Translations under genes and position numbers: made by a program
Shown here: piece by piece, positions 7,669-16,835 of the stretch
Position numbering within the stretch: position 1 is the first letter of the stretch
Layout of the letters: every line of letters starts with the position of its first letter
Notes under the pieces: generated by a model
What the model saw: only the letters and a program-made list of their open reading frames with translations
Told to the model about the DNA's origin: nothing
The model's database searches: none
From: an uncultured Thermoplasmatales archaeon
GTDB lineage: Archaea; Thermoplasmatota; E2; DHVEG-1
Direction: 5' to 3'
Length of the DNA: 64,000 bases
NCBI GenBank assembly: GCA_964612945.1
Contig: CAZTFR010000005.1
Span: 1,716 to 65,715, forward strand

Positions 7669-9105
7669 ATGACACAAGTAAGCTTTTACGGCGGCGTCGA
7701 CGAAATCGGCGGAAACAAGATTCTTCTCGAAGATCAAGACACCCGCATCTTTCTTGACTTCGGACTGGGCTTTAAACGACGGGGCATGTACTTTGAGGAA
7801 TTCCTCACCCCCCGATCTGCAAACGGCATCGGCGATTTTCTTGAACTCAACCTACTCCCGGACATCCCTGGCATCTACCGAACCGATCTGCTCAGCCATC
7901 TCGGACGAACCCCTGAAGACGTCACCGTCCAAGCAGTCCTCTTAAGTCACGCCCACGCCGATCACGCCAACTACATCTCCTTTCTCCACCAAGACATACC
8001 TGTCTACTGCGGGGAGACCTCAAAATATCTCCTGCAAGCAATCGAAGAACAATGCATCAGAAGCATCGAAAACGAGGTCACAAAATACAAAGAACGACCC
8101 ATCTACCGCGGCGACTACAAAAAACCACCTATCAAACGCACCTTCAACACCTTCCGAACCGGCGACACCGTACACATCGGATCCCTGGACATCGAACCCA
8201 TCCATGTCGACCACAGCGTCCCCGGTGCCTACGGCTTTCTCATCCACACCTCAGAGGGAACCATCGTCTACACCGGCGATCTGCGCATGCATGGAAAAAA
8301 CGCACAAATGACCACCGACTTCATCCAAAAAGCACGAAAAGCAAAACCAGTCGCCCTCATCACCGAAGGAACGCGCATCGACCTCCCCCAAACCGATGAA
8401 TCCGAACAAAACGTCTACCAGCAGTCCAAACAGGAAATAGAGCAATGCAAAAAACTTTCTATCGTCGACTTTAACTTCAAAGACATCGACCGGTTCACCA
8501 CGTTTTATCAAATCGCAAAAGACCTCGGAAGAACACTGGTCATCAGCTTCAAACACGCCTGCTTTCTCGAACGATACCACCAAGACAAAAAACTACAAGC
8601 CCCCAACAGCACCGACAAGCACATCAAACTTCTCAAACCCAAACGCCTCACCGGCACCTACATCGACGAAGACTACACCGACTACTATATAAAGAAACGA
8701 CTGAATTATGAAAACATTATCACCGCCGAAGACATCACCAAAAACCCCACACAGTACATGGTCGTCCTCAACTTCTACTACTTCAACCGAATGGTCGATC
8801 TCAAACCACATCACGGCGTCTACATCCACAGCCTCTCCGAACCCTTCAACGAAGAAATGGAAATCAGCTACGAACGCATGCACAACTGGCTCACCCACTA
8901 CCACCTCAAATTTGTCCAATCACACTGCTCCGGACACATCTCCGGACCAGATCTCAAAGACCTCATCCACAAAATCAACCCAAAACACCTCTTCCCCATC
9001 CACACCGAACACCCCGAGCTCTTCCAAGACTTCCCTATGCACGTCACACGCGTACAAGAAGGAAAAACATATACCCTACCCACGCAAAAAATACTAAACC
9101 ATTAG
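7669..9105 (+). CDS. rnj: Metallo-beta-lactamase/beta-CASP ribonuclease, archaeal RNase J-like
   Basis: Starts MTQVSFYGGVDEIGGNKILLE. HAHADH (the HxHxDH motif) is present, followed by a beta-CASP region. No N-terminal KH domains, so aCPSF1 is excluded. Length 478 aa. Confidence 0.75.
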   Translation: MTQVSFYGGVDEIGGNKILLEDQDTRIFLDFGLGFKRRGMYFEEFLTPRSANGIGDFLELNLLPDIPGIYRTDLLSHLGRTPEDVTVQAVLLSHAHADHANYISFLHQDIPVYCGETSKYLLQAIEEQCIRSIENEVTKYKERPIYRGDYKKPPIKRTFNTFRTGDTVHIGSLDIEPIHVDHSVPGAYGFLIHTSEGTIVYTGDLRMHGKNAQMTTDFIQKARKAKPVALITEGTRIDLPQTDESEQNVYQQSKQEIEQCKKLSIVDFNFKDIDRFTTFYQIAKDLGRTLVISFKHACFLERYHQDKKLQAPNSTDKHIKLLKPKRLTGTYIDEDYTDYYIKKRLNYENIITAEDITKNPTQYMVVLNFYYFNRMVDLKPHHGVYIHSLSEPFNEEMEISYERMHNWLTHYHLKFVQSHCSGHISGPDLKDLIHKINPKHLFPIHTEHPELFQDFPMHVTRVQEGKTYTLPTQKILNH

Positions 9106-9119
9106 GAGAATGAAACCCT

Positions 9120-10196
9120 ATGACTGATATCTATCAGTATGATAAAAAAAACGAACAAAACCTGATAAAAGCAGACTCTGTGAAACGCAAAAAAGAACAA
9201 TACATCGAAAATCTCAGAGAGGGAGATGCAGTCGGCGACTTTTTCGCTGTCAAATCCAAACGACCTCTCCGCCCTTACAAACGAGGAACCTTCTTTGAAC
9301 TCATCGCAGGCGACAAAACCGGCGATATCAGCATCAAATACTGGGGGGGAGACAACAAAGACCGCGTCAAACGACTCTACGACAGCTTCGACATCGGAGA
9401 CGTCATACAGATACGCACCGGCGCAGTTGAAATCTTTGAAGAAAAAATGCAAATATCAGTCAACGAACAAACCGGTGGTCTTCGAAAATGCGCACCCACA
9501 GAATACGATGCCTCAGATTTTCTTGCCACACTCACCGAAGAAGAAATTAACAATCTCTACAAAATCGTCGAAACAGAAATCAAAAATCTCACCAACAAAT
9601 CACTCCAAACCCTACTTGCCGAATTCTTCAACGACGCCACCTTTGTCAAACAATTCAAAGCATCGCCCTCAGCGATGACCCATCACCATAACTACATCGG
9701 CGGAAACCTCGAACACACCGTCGGCGTCATACAGCTCACCAAAACCATCTGCACACAATATCCAGATATCAACCAGGATCTTGTGATATGCGGAGCCATC
9801 CTTCATGATGTCGGAAAACTCAAAGAATACGAATACACCGCCGCCATAGGCAAAACCGATGAAGGCAACTTCATCGGACACATCGTCATGGGCGACCGCT
9901 GGATACAGGAAAAAATCGGCATACTCCGAAACAAAGGAACAGCCTTTGCCGAACCACTTGAATTACAACTCCGCCACATGATCTTAAGCCACCATGGCCG
10001 CTACGAATACGGATCACCACGGATGCCACAAACCACCGAAGCAGTCGTCCTCCACCAAGCAGATCTAATGGATTCACAGGTCAAAAACTATCTACAGAAT
10101 GTAAAAGACGCCAGAAAAAACTCTGACTCCGACTGGGCGTTTATTTATGATCCCGATGTGGGGATGAGACGACCCATGTATTTAGGAAAAGACTAA
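9120..10196 (+). CDS. OB-fold + HD-domain phosphohydrolase, YhaM-like 3'-5' exonuclease family
   Basis: An N-terminal OB-fold segment (GDAVGDFFAVKS...GDVIQIRTGAVEIFEEKMQISV) is followed by an HD domain (HHNYIGGNLEHT...ILHDVGK...HH). The architecture matches bacterial YhaM. Confidence 0.7.
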   Translation: MTDIYQYDKKNEQNLIKADSVKRKKEQYIENLREGDAVGDFFAVKSKRPLRPYKRGTFFELIAGDKTGDISIKYWGGDNKDRVKRLYDSFDIGDVIQIRTGAVEIFEEKMQISVNEQTGGLRKCAPTEYDASDFLATLTEEEINNLYKIVETEIKNLTNKSLQTLLAEFFNDATFVKQFKASPSAMTHHHNYIGGNLEHTVGVIQLTKTICTQYPDINQDLVICGAILHDVGKLKEYEYTAAIGKTDEGNFIGHIVMGDRWIQEKIGILRNKGTAFAEPLELQLRHMILSHHGRYEYGSPRMPQTTEAVVLHQADLMDSQVKNYLQNVKDARKNSDSDWAFIYDPDVGMRRPMYLGKD

Positions 10197-10222
10197 AAAA
10201 CATACAACAGGTTGCACGCATC

Positions 10223-10396
10223 ATGAAAAAGGATTTAATAAAGATCTTATGCTGCCCGAGCTGCAAGAGCGATCTTAAGCTAAACGTTAAAAAACAAGAA
10301 AACGATGAAATAATCACAGGATCATTTATCTGCAAAAAATGCGATGTCACCTACCCCATCAAAGATGGGATCCCCGATCTTCTACCGAGAAAATAA
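10223..10396 (+). CDS. Trm112-like small zinc-ribbon protein (DUF343 family); not in the ORF track because it is under 60 aa
   Basis: 57-aa ORF MKKDLIKILCCPSCKSDLKL...FICKKCDVTYPIKDGIPDLLPRK. It has a CPxC...CxxC zinc ribbon and the conserved Y-P-I-x-D-G-I-P motif of Trm112/YcaR proteins. Confidence 0.6.
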   Translation: MKKDLIKILCCPSCKSDLKLNVKKQENDEIITGSFICKKCDVTYPIKDGIPDLLPRK

Positions 10397-10425
10397 CACC
10401 ATCCATCAGTTTATCTTTTACTATA

Positions 10426-13400
10426 TTAGGAGTATTCTTGCCAGCTTTTCACCAATAAATCATCAAGACTGCGATGAGAAATAGCCTCTACAAAACGTTT
10501 GGCAAGCTGAAGATTGGTAATAAGGGGAACATTAAAATCAACTGCTTTTCTTCGAATCAAATAATCATTGTCCAGCTCCGTTTTTTCAATATTTTTTGGA
10601 ATATTTATAACCAGATCAACTTTCTTCTGTTGAATGTAGGACAATACATTGGGCTCTTTTTGGTCAAGCGGCCAATACAATACCTTTGCCTTAAGACCAT
10701 TTTTTTTCATAAAATCTGCTGTACCCTTCGTTGCATAAAAGGTGAATCCTAACTGTTCCATCACCCGAGTGCTTTCTAGAAATTCAGCCTTATTTGATAT
10801 GGGTCCAGTGGACAATAACACGTTTTTGATGGCAAACCGAAAGCCAACAGAGATCAGACTCTTTAAGAAAGCCTCGTTAAAATCATCACCCAGACAGGCC
10901 ACCTCACCAGTGGATGACATCTCAACCCCAAGAACAGGATCTGAGCCTTTCAGACGGGTAAAAGAAAACTGGGGAGCCTTCACACCCACATAGTCAAGAT
11001 CAAAGGAGGATCGATCAATTGGTTTGAGGCGTTTGTTCATGATGATTTTGGTTGCGATATCGATAAAGTTGATGTTGAATACTTTTGATGCAAAGGGAAA
11101 ACTACGGGAGGATCGAAGGTTGAGTTCGATGACTTTGACATCGTTCTCTTTGGCGATGAATTGAATATTGAAAGGACCAGTGATCTGGAGTTCTTTTGCG
11201 ATGTTTTTAGCAATAATTTTCACCCGCCGCATGGTCTCTAGATAGGTGCGTTGCGGGGGAAGTACCAAGGTGGCATCACCGGAGTGAACGCCAGCGTTTT
11301 CCACATGCTCTGATATTGCATAGCAGTAGAGTGTTCCGTTTTTAGCAACTGCATCAAGTTCGATTTCTTTGGCACCCGTGATAAATTTACTGATTACCAC
11401 AGGGTATTTTTTACTCACCGCTGATGCCTTTTTCAGGTAAGTTTGGAGTTCTTTTTTGCTAAGAGCAATACTCATCGCAGCGCCGCTGAGGACATAGCTT
11501 GGTCGGATAAGCACGGGGTACCCAACTTGTTCTGCAAAACGTTCGGCGGCCTGCATGCTGGTTAGTTCCTTCCATTGGGGTTGATCAATCTGAAGAGTAT
11601 CCAGTAGCTTTGAGAATTTATGCCGGTCTTCTGCGTTGTCGATATGCTCTGGCGAGGTTCCAAGAATGGTGACATTCTGTTTTGAAAGTGGAAGGGCAAG
11701 AGTGTTTGGTATCTGACCGCCCATGGAGACAATAATACCAAGAGGATGTTCTTTTTCGTAGATGTCGAGAACGCGTTCGAAGGTGAGTTCTTCAAAATAG
11801 AGTTTATCGCAGATATCATAGTCAGTGCTCACCGTTTCTGGGTTGCAGTTGATCATAATGGAAGTGTACTTCATGTTCTGCAGAGACATCACGGCGTTGA
11901 CACAGCACCAGTCGAATTCAACAGATGATCCGATTCGGTAGGCGCCGCCGCCAAGAACGATGACTTGTTTTTTCTCTCTAAAAGAGAGATCATCGCTGGT
12001 GCCATGATAGGTCAGGTAGAGATAGTTGGTTTTTGTTGGGTATTCTGCGGCAAGCGTGTCTATTTGTTTAACCACGGGGGTGATTTCCTTTTTTTTTCGG
12101 AGGGTTCGAATAATATGTTCATCGGTATTGGTGAGCTGTGCGATTTGGTAATCGGAAAACCCGTTTTGTTTTGCATTCTTGAGAAGGTGAATGGGAAGCG
12201 AGGTTGCGGTGTGTTTTTGTACTTCTTTCTCAATTGCAACGATGTGTTGTATTTTATGTAAAAACCAGAAGTCCACATGCGTGAGCTGATGAATTTTTTC
12301 AATAGAATAATCCTGTCGGAAGGCTTCTGCGATGGCAAGCATGCGTTTGTCAGTAGGTTGTTTAAGCTCTCGATCGAGATTTCTAAAGGAAATGGCGTTG
12401 CAGACCAGTCCATTATACCCGATGTCCAGCATGCGGATTGCTTTTTGTAGAGATTCTTCAAAGCTACGTCCTAAGGCCATGACTTCTCCGACGGATTTCA
12501 TTTCTGATCCGATGTTAAGGCTGACTTTTTGGAATTTCTGAAGATCCCAGCGGGGGTATTTGACCACGATGTAGTCCAGAGCGGGTTCAAAGCAGGCGGA
12601 GGTTTCTTTGGTGATGATGTTGCGGATGTCGGTGAGATTTTTTCCAAGGGCAAGTTTTGCAGCGATAAAGGCGAGAGGATACCCAGTTGCCTTGGAGGCC
12701 AGGGCAGAGCTACGGCTCAACCGGGCGTTTACCTCTATGATACGATAGTCCTCGGACTTTGGATCAAGGGCGAATTGAATGTTGCATTCCCCAACAATGC
12801 CAAGATGACGGATGACCTTGATTGCTATCGATCGGAGTTTAAAATGTTCAGATGAGGAAAGCGTCTGTACGGGTGCAACAACAATGCTTTCACCGGTGTG
12901 TATCCCCATAGGATCAACATTTTCCATGGAGCAGACCACAATACAGTTATCAAACCGGTCTCGTACGACTTCATACTCAAGTTCCTTCCAGCCGCCACAG
13001 TACTCCTCAATAAGGATTTGTTTGGTATGAGAAAACGCTTTTTCTGCCAGATCCTGCAGTTGTTTTTTTGTCCGCGCGACACCTGAACCCAGACCGCCCA
13101 GGGCATAGGCGATCCGGCACATCACCGGATAGCCGATCTCATCAGCTGCTGCAAGAGCCTGCTCAACGTAGGTTACAGCGATGCTTCTGGGAACCTTCAG
13201 CCCGATTTCTTTGATTTTTTGGACAAACTCATCTCGATCTTCGGTGGCAAGAATCGACGGTATAGGGGTGCCCAGAACAGTGACATGATACTTTTGTAGA
13301 ATTCCCTGCTCATGTAGCTGCACCCCGACATTGAGCGCAGTTTGCCCACCAAAACTCAACAGTATTCCATCTGGTTTTTCTTTTTTGATAACAGATCCGA

Positions 13401-13629
13401 CAAAATGCACATCCAAGGGGAGAAAATATACTTTATCAGCAAGATACTCAGAGGTCTGAATGGTGGCAATATTAGGATTCAGCAAAATTGTTGTAATCCC
13501 TTCTTCCTTTAACGCTTTGATCGCCTGACTTCCAGAGTAATCAAACTCTCCGGCCTGCCCAATACGAATCGCACCGGAGCCAAGGATGAGCACCTTACGT
13601 ATCTTCTTTTTCATCCCCTTCTGTATCAT
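10426..13629 (-). CDS. carB: Carbamoyl-phosphate synthase large subunit
   Basis: 1067 aa with two ATP-grasp halves, an oligomerisation domain and a C-terminal MGS-like domain. The sequence is unmistakable CarB (…KVLILGSGAIRIGQAGEFDYSGSQA…). Confidence 0.95.
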   Translation of the reverse strand: MIQKGMKKKIRKVLILGSGAIRIGQAGEFDYSGSQAIKALKEEGITTILLNPNIATIQTSEYLADKVYFLPLDVHFVGSVIKKEKPDGILLSFGGQTALNVGVQLHEQGILQKYHVTVLGTPIPSILATEDRDEFVQKIKEIGLKVPRSIAVTYVEQALAAADEIGYPVMCRIAYALGGLGSGVARTKKQLQDLAEKAFSHTKQILIEEYCGGWKELEYEVVRDRFDNCIVVCSMENVDPMGIHTGESIVVAPVQTLSSSEHFKLRSIAIKVIRHLGIVGECNIQFALDPKSEDYRIIEVNARLSRSSALASKATGYPLAFIAAKLALGKNLTDIRNIITKETSACFEPALDYIVVKYPRWDLQKFQKVSLNIGSEMKSVGEVMALGRSFEESLQKAIRMLDIGYNGLVCNAISFRNLDRELKQPTDKRMLAIAEAFRQDYSIEKIHQLTHVDFWFLHKIQHIVAIEKEVQKHTATSLPIHLLKNAKQNGFSDYQIAQLTNTDEHIIRTLRKKKEITPVVKQIDTLAAEYPTKTNYLYLTYHGTSDDLSFREKKQVIVLGGGAYRIGSSVEFDWCCVNAVMSLQNMKYTSIMINCNPETVSTDYDICDKLYFEELTFERVLDIYEKEHPLGIIVSMGGQIPNTLALPLSKQNVTILGTSPEHIDNAEDRHKFSKLLDTLQIDQPQWKELTSMQAAERFAEQVGYPVLIRPSYVLSGAAMSIALSKKELQTYLKKASAVSKKYPVVISKFITGAKEIELDAVAKNGTLYCYAISEHVENAGVHSGDATLVLPPQRTYLETMRRVKIIAKNIAKELQITGPFNIQFIAKENDVKVIELNLRSSRSFPFASKVFNINFIDIATKIIMNKRLKPIDRSSFDLDYVGVKAPQFSFTRLKGSDPVLGVEMSSTGEVACLGDDFNEAFLKSLISVGFRFAIKNVLLSTGPISNKAEFLESTRVMEQLGFTFYATKGTADFMKKNGLKAKVLYWPLDQKEPNVLSYIQQKKVDLVINIPKNIEKTELDNDYLIRRKAVDFNVPLITNLQLAKRFVEAISHRSLDDLLVKSWQEYS

Positions 13630-14720
13630 CTCATCGCCCGTACAAACATGTCAAATAAAAACTCGGTATCATCAGGACCTGGTGATGCCTCAGGGTGAAA
13701 CTGTGCACCAAAAAAAGGCTTGGAAAGATGCATGATGCCTTCATTGGTGCCATCGTTATGATTACAAAACCACTCCCGCCAATCCTGCGGAAGGGTCTCT
13801 GCATCAATAGCATACCCATGATTCTGTGAGGTAATGTAACACCGGCGTGTCCCCGTCTCCATGCAGGGCTGATTATGACTGCGATGCCCATACTTCAGCT
13901 TATACGTGTTTGCCTCTGCGGCAAGACCAAGAATCTGAGAGCCCAAACAGATGCCAAGAAGCGGAATATGTTCATCCATCGCTCGGCGGACATGCTTGAT
14001 GGTCGTAGTGCATTTTTTTGGATTCCCCGGACCATTCGAGACAATCACCCCTGCGGCTTCCTCTTTGAGAAAATCATAATCCCATGGCACCCGAAGTACA
14101 GAAAACCCTCGGGAGAGAAACGCTCGAATAATGTTATGCTTGGTCCCACAGTCAACCAGCACAACCTGTTTGTCACCTACCCCATATTTGTGTGGCTCTG
14201 CGATGCTTACCTCTGATGCGAGGTTGCGTTTGTTGACATCTTCAAAATCAACATCTTCGCTGTCGTACACAATTTTTCCCGCAAGCGTTCCCTTTATTCT
14301 GATTTTTTTAGTCAACGCACGCGTATCAATCCCCGTAATGCCGGGGATATTGTATTGTTTCATCCATTTTGAAAGCGAACGGGTTGCATTCCAATGTGAA
14401 TACTGGTGTGAGTACTCTGATACCACCAAGCCCTCAACCTGGATACGATCGGACTCAAAAAAACGAAACAAACCATCCTGCTTGGTATCACCAGGAACTC
14501 CATAATTACCAATCAATGGATAGGTGAGCATCAGAATCTGACCATGATACGAAGGATCGGTAAGACCCTCAGGGTATCCCACCATCCCTGTGTTAAACAC
14601 CACCTCTCCAGAAACCGCTTTCTGAGCACCAAAACTCCATCCTACAAAACAGGATCCATCCTCAAGCACCAGCACTGCTTGTTGTTTTTTAGTATCCATC
14701 TGAAAAAGATCTCTCCCCAA
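13626..14720 (-). CDS. carA: Carbamoyl-phosphate synthase small subunit (glutamine amidotransferase)
   Basis: N-terminal CPSase small domain plus a class-I GATase with the catalytic GICLGSQ motif. It overlaps carB by 4 nt in the typical carAB operon arrangement. Confidence 0.95.
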   Translation of the reverse strand: MGRDLFQMDTKKQQAVLVLEDGSCFVGWSFGAQKAVSGEVVFNTGMVGYPEGLTDPSYHGQILMLTYPLIGNYGVPGDTKQDGLFRFFESDRIQVEGLVVSEYSHQYSHWNATRSLSKWMKQYNIPGITGIDTRALTKKIRIKGTLAGKIVYDSEDVDFEDVNKRNLASEVSIAEPHKYGVGDKQVVLVDCGTKHNIIRAFLSRGFSVLRVPWDYDFLKEEAAGVIVSNGPGNPKKCTTTIKHVRRAMDEHIPLLGICLGSQILGLAAEANTYKLKYGHRSHNQPCMETGTRRCYITSQNHGYAIDAETLPQDWREWFCNHNDGTNEGIMHLSKPFFGAQFHPEASPGPDDTEFLFDMFVRAMR

Positions 14721-14811
14721 AAGGTATTCGTTGTATAGTCACTAAAAATCTACAATCGTTTATGCTTTTAACAAGATTTCGAAATAAACAAAAAAAGAGA
14801 AACCGATGATA

Positions 14812-16788
14812 TTAGATTTTTTTGAGAAATGAATGAATATCCGAGAGAACATCAGAAGATTGCGAGAGATCATTGAGATATTTTTTGAAACGAACTGCTC
14901 GTTTATCTAAAATCAATGCAAGTCCTCGATCAGTTTCCGTGCGAATCAATCGACCAATCGATTGTTGGAGTTTTCGAGCTGTGGGGGCCTCCACGGTATA
15001 CTCCCAGCCTTTACCAAATTTGAGATCATAATATTTCTTTAGCCCACGCTGTCGAGCTGTTGGTTTAGGATAGGGAATACCTACGATGACTGCGATTTCA
15101 AGCTGTTTAGCGGGAAAATCCATCCCTTCACTGATGCGGCCACCCATCACAGACAGTAACGCTGCACCTTTGCCTTGTGATTCACCACAGGTCTTAAAAT
15201 CAGTAACTAAGTCCATGAGGTCCATCTGAGACATGGACTGTTCCTCAATGTAGAGCAGTCGTTGGATGTCATTGTATTGCTGCTGTTGTTTAAACGATGA
15301 GAGAATATTGAAACTAGGGAAAAACACAATGGTGTTCTGAGGAAAGGTGTTGCAGATCTCTTGAATATACGTCCACATTTTGGTAAGATTTTCTTCATTT
15401 CGCATGATGTCTTCATATCGTGTGGTGACATCGCGGGTGTACAAGATTTTTCGATTTTCTTTGGGAAAGGGAGAAGGATAAAAGACAAGTCCTGTATCAG
15501 TTGGGAGGTCGAGGGAGTCACGGTATTCCTCAAGTGGTTTGAGCGTGCCGGACATGTGAATGGTTGAGTGCACCTCTGAAAAAATACCGGCGCCCACGGA
15601 TGGATCCAGGCAATATGCTTCGATGCGTGGGTTTTTAGCCCGGGTGGTATCAACGACGAGTTTGATGTATTGGTCCATCTCAATGGCGGTCCAGAACTGT
15701 AAAAACACGCCGAGTTTATGCAGAAACGAGCGGGGAAGTTTTCCTTCTTTTTGCCGGTATTCCTGGATTTTTTCACCATAGGCTACAAGATCGGCGATGA
15801 TGTCTTGAAGGACTTGTGAGGTGATCTTCAGTCTGCTGAGTATCTCTGTTTCTAGTTCGTGGGAGGGGATGAGTGCGTCTTCTTTTTCATATTTTGATAC
15901 TCTTCGCAACCCGTTTTCAAGCAGACCGTAGATGTAATTATCCCGTAGTGAGTTGACAATTTCGATGAGCATTTTGCAGAATTCTGAGACCAGAATTCGT
16001 CCATCAGCAAGTGAAGGATCACCGAATTTATCTGCCTCAATAAGACAGGTTTTCAGCATGAAATAAGTGAGCTGTGCGGAATGAATATCGCGGAGATAAT
16101 CCGGGAGGTTATGTGCTTCATCGATGATGAGAATGATGTCTTCTTCTGCAATTGAGAGCCAGTCAAGAAGCATGTTGCGGATGTTTTTGTCAAAAATATA
16201 GATGTAGGGGACCACAACGAGAAGGGATTCGGCCATGAGTTGTTTGTTTACTTCATAGGGGCAGATGGTATGTTTTTTGCAGTAGCTGATCATTTCTTCT
16301 GCGGTGGGCACGTGTTGTTTGGCCCACTGAATTGTTTCTGACACAAGGTCTTTATTGTGAAGAAACGCCCGATAATACGGGCAGCCCTTACGTTTTTGGG
16401 GGTTGGTTGCCTGTTTTTTTTGGTTAGCGCAGAACCGGGAGAGTTCTTCTGAGGAGCCATTGGCAATATCTGGATCATCTCGTGCAAGAATACACATGTT
16501 TGCACGGCCCTGCATGCCCACACCATGGATCTGGTTATTTTGGGTTTTTTCTTTTATCGCCCGCAGTTCCATGATGACCTGGCGTTGTTGAGCGTTTGTA
16601 CGGGTGGTGTAGATGATTTTTTTCTCCTGCTCAAGGGAAAGAGGCAGTGCTGCAGAGAGCGTGCAGATGGTTTTTCCCGTCCCGGTCCCTGATTCGAAGA
16701 CAAAATGGGTATGAGCGTTGATTGCGTTGGTGACATCACGGATGATGTTGTCCTGATTTTTACGTGGCGTGTACGGAAAAAAGTCCAT
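14812..16788 (-). CDS. xpd: ATP-dependent DNA helicase XPD/Rad3 (DinG family, SF2) with FeS-cluster cysteines
   Basis: YTPRKNQ...FESGTGTGKT (Walker A), IIDEAHNLPDY (DEAH box). Conserved Cys residues lie between motifs I and II, consistent with a 4Fe-4S domain. Length 658 aa. Confidence 0.9.
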   Translation of the reverse strand: MDFFPYTPRKNQDNIIRDVTNAINAHTHFVFESGTGTGKTICTLSAALPLSLEQEKKIIYTTRTNAQQRQVIMELRAIKEKTQNNQIHGVGMQGRANMCILARDDPDIANGSSEELSRFCANQKKQATNPQKRKGCPYYRAFLHNKDLVSETIQWAKQHVPTAEEMISYCKKHTICPYEVNKQLMAESLLVVVPYIYIFDKNIRNMLLDWLSIAEEDIILIIDEAHNLPDYLRDIHSAQLTYFMLKTCLIEADKFGDPSLADGRILVSEFCKMLIEIVNSLRDNYIYGLLENGLRRVSKYEKEDALIPSHELETEILSRLKITSQVLQDIIADLVAYGEKIQEYRQKEGKLPRSFLHKLGVFLQFWTAIEMDQYIKLVVDTTRAKNPRIEAYCLDPSVGAGIFSEVHSTIHMSGTLKPLEEYRDSLDLPTDTGLVFYPSPFPKENRKILYTRDVTTRYEDIMRNEENLTKMWTYIQEICNTFPQNTIVFFPSFNILSSFKQQQQYNDIQRLLYIEEQSMSQMDLMDLVTDFKTCGESQGKGAALLSVMGGRISEGMDFPAKQLEIAVIVGIPYPKPTARQRGLKKYYDLKFGKGWEYTVEAPTARKLQQSIGRLIRTETDRGLALILDKRAVRFKKYLNDLSQSSDVLSDIHSFLKKI

Positions 16789-16835
16789 CCAGCAGAGGGT
16801 AAAGCGGTAGGTATTTTTAGAGTTGTTGGCTTACG

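Noticed and set aside
7479-7757. 92-aa ORF upstream of, and overlapping, the RNase J start
   Set aside because: It lies in an AT-rich promoter region and has an Arg-rich low-complexity tail. It overlaps the well-supported RNase J start and has no conserved features.
10426-13629. Intein insertion in carB or polB
   Set aside because: Both proteins are collinear with intein-free homologues. There are no Hint/HEN motifs or extra-length insertions at typical sites.
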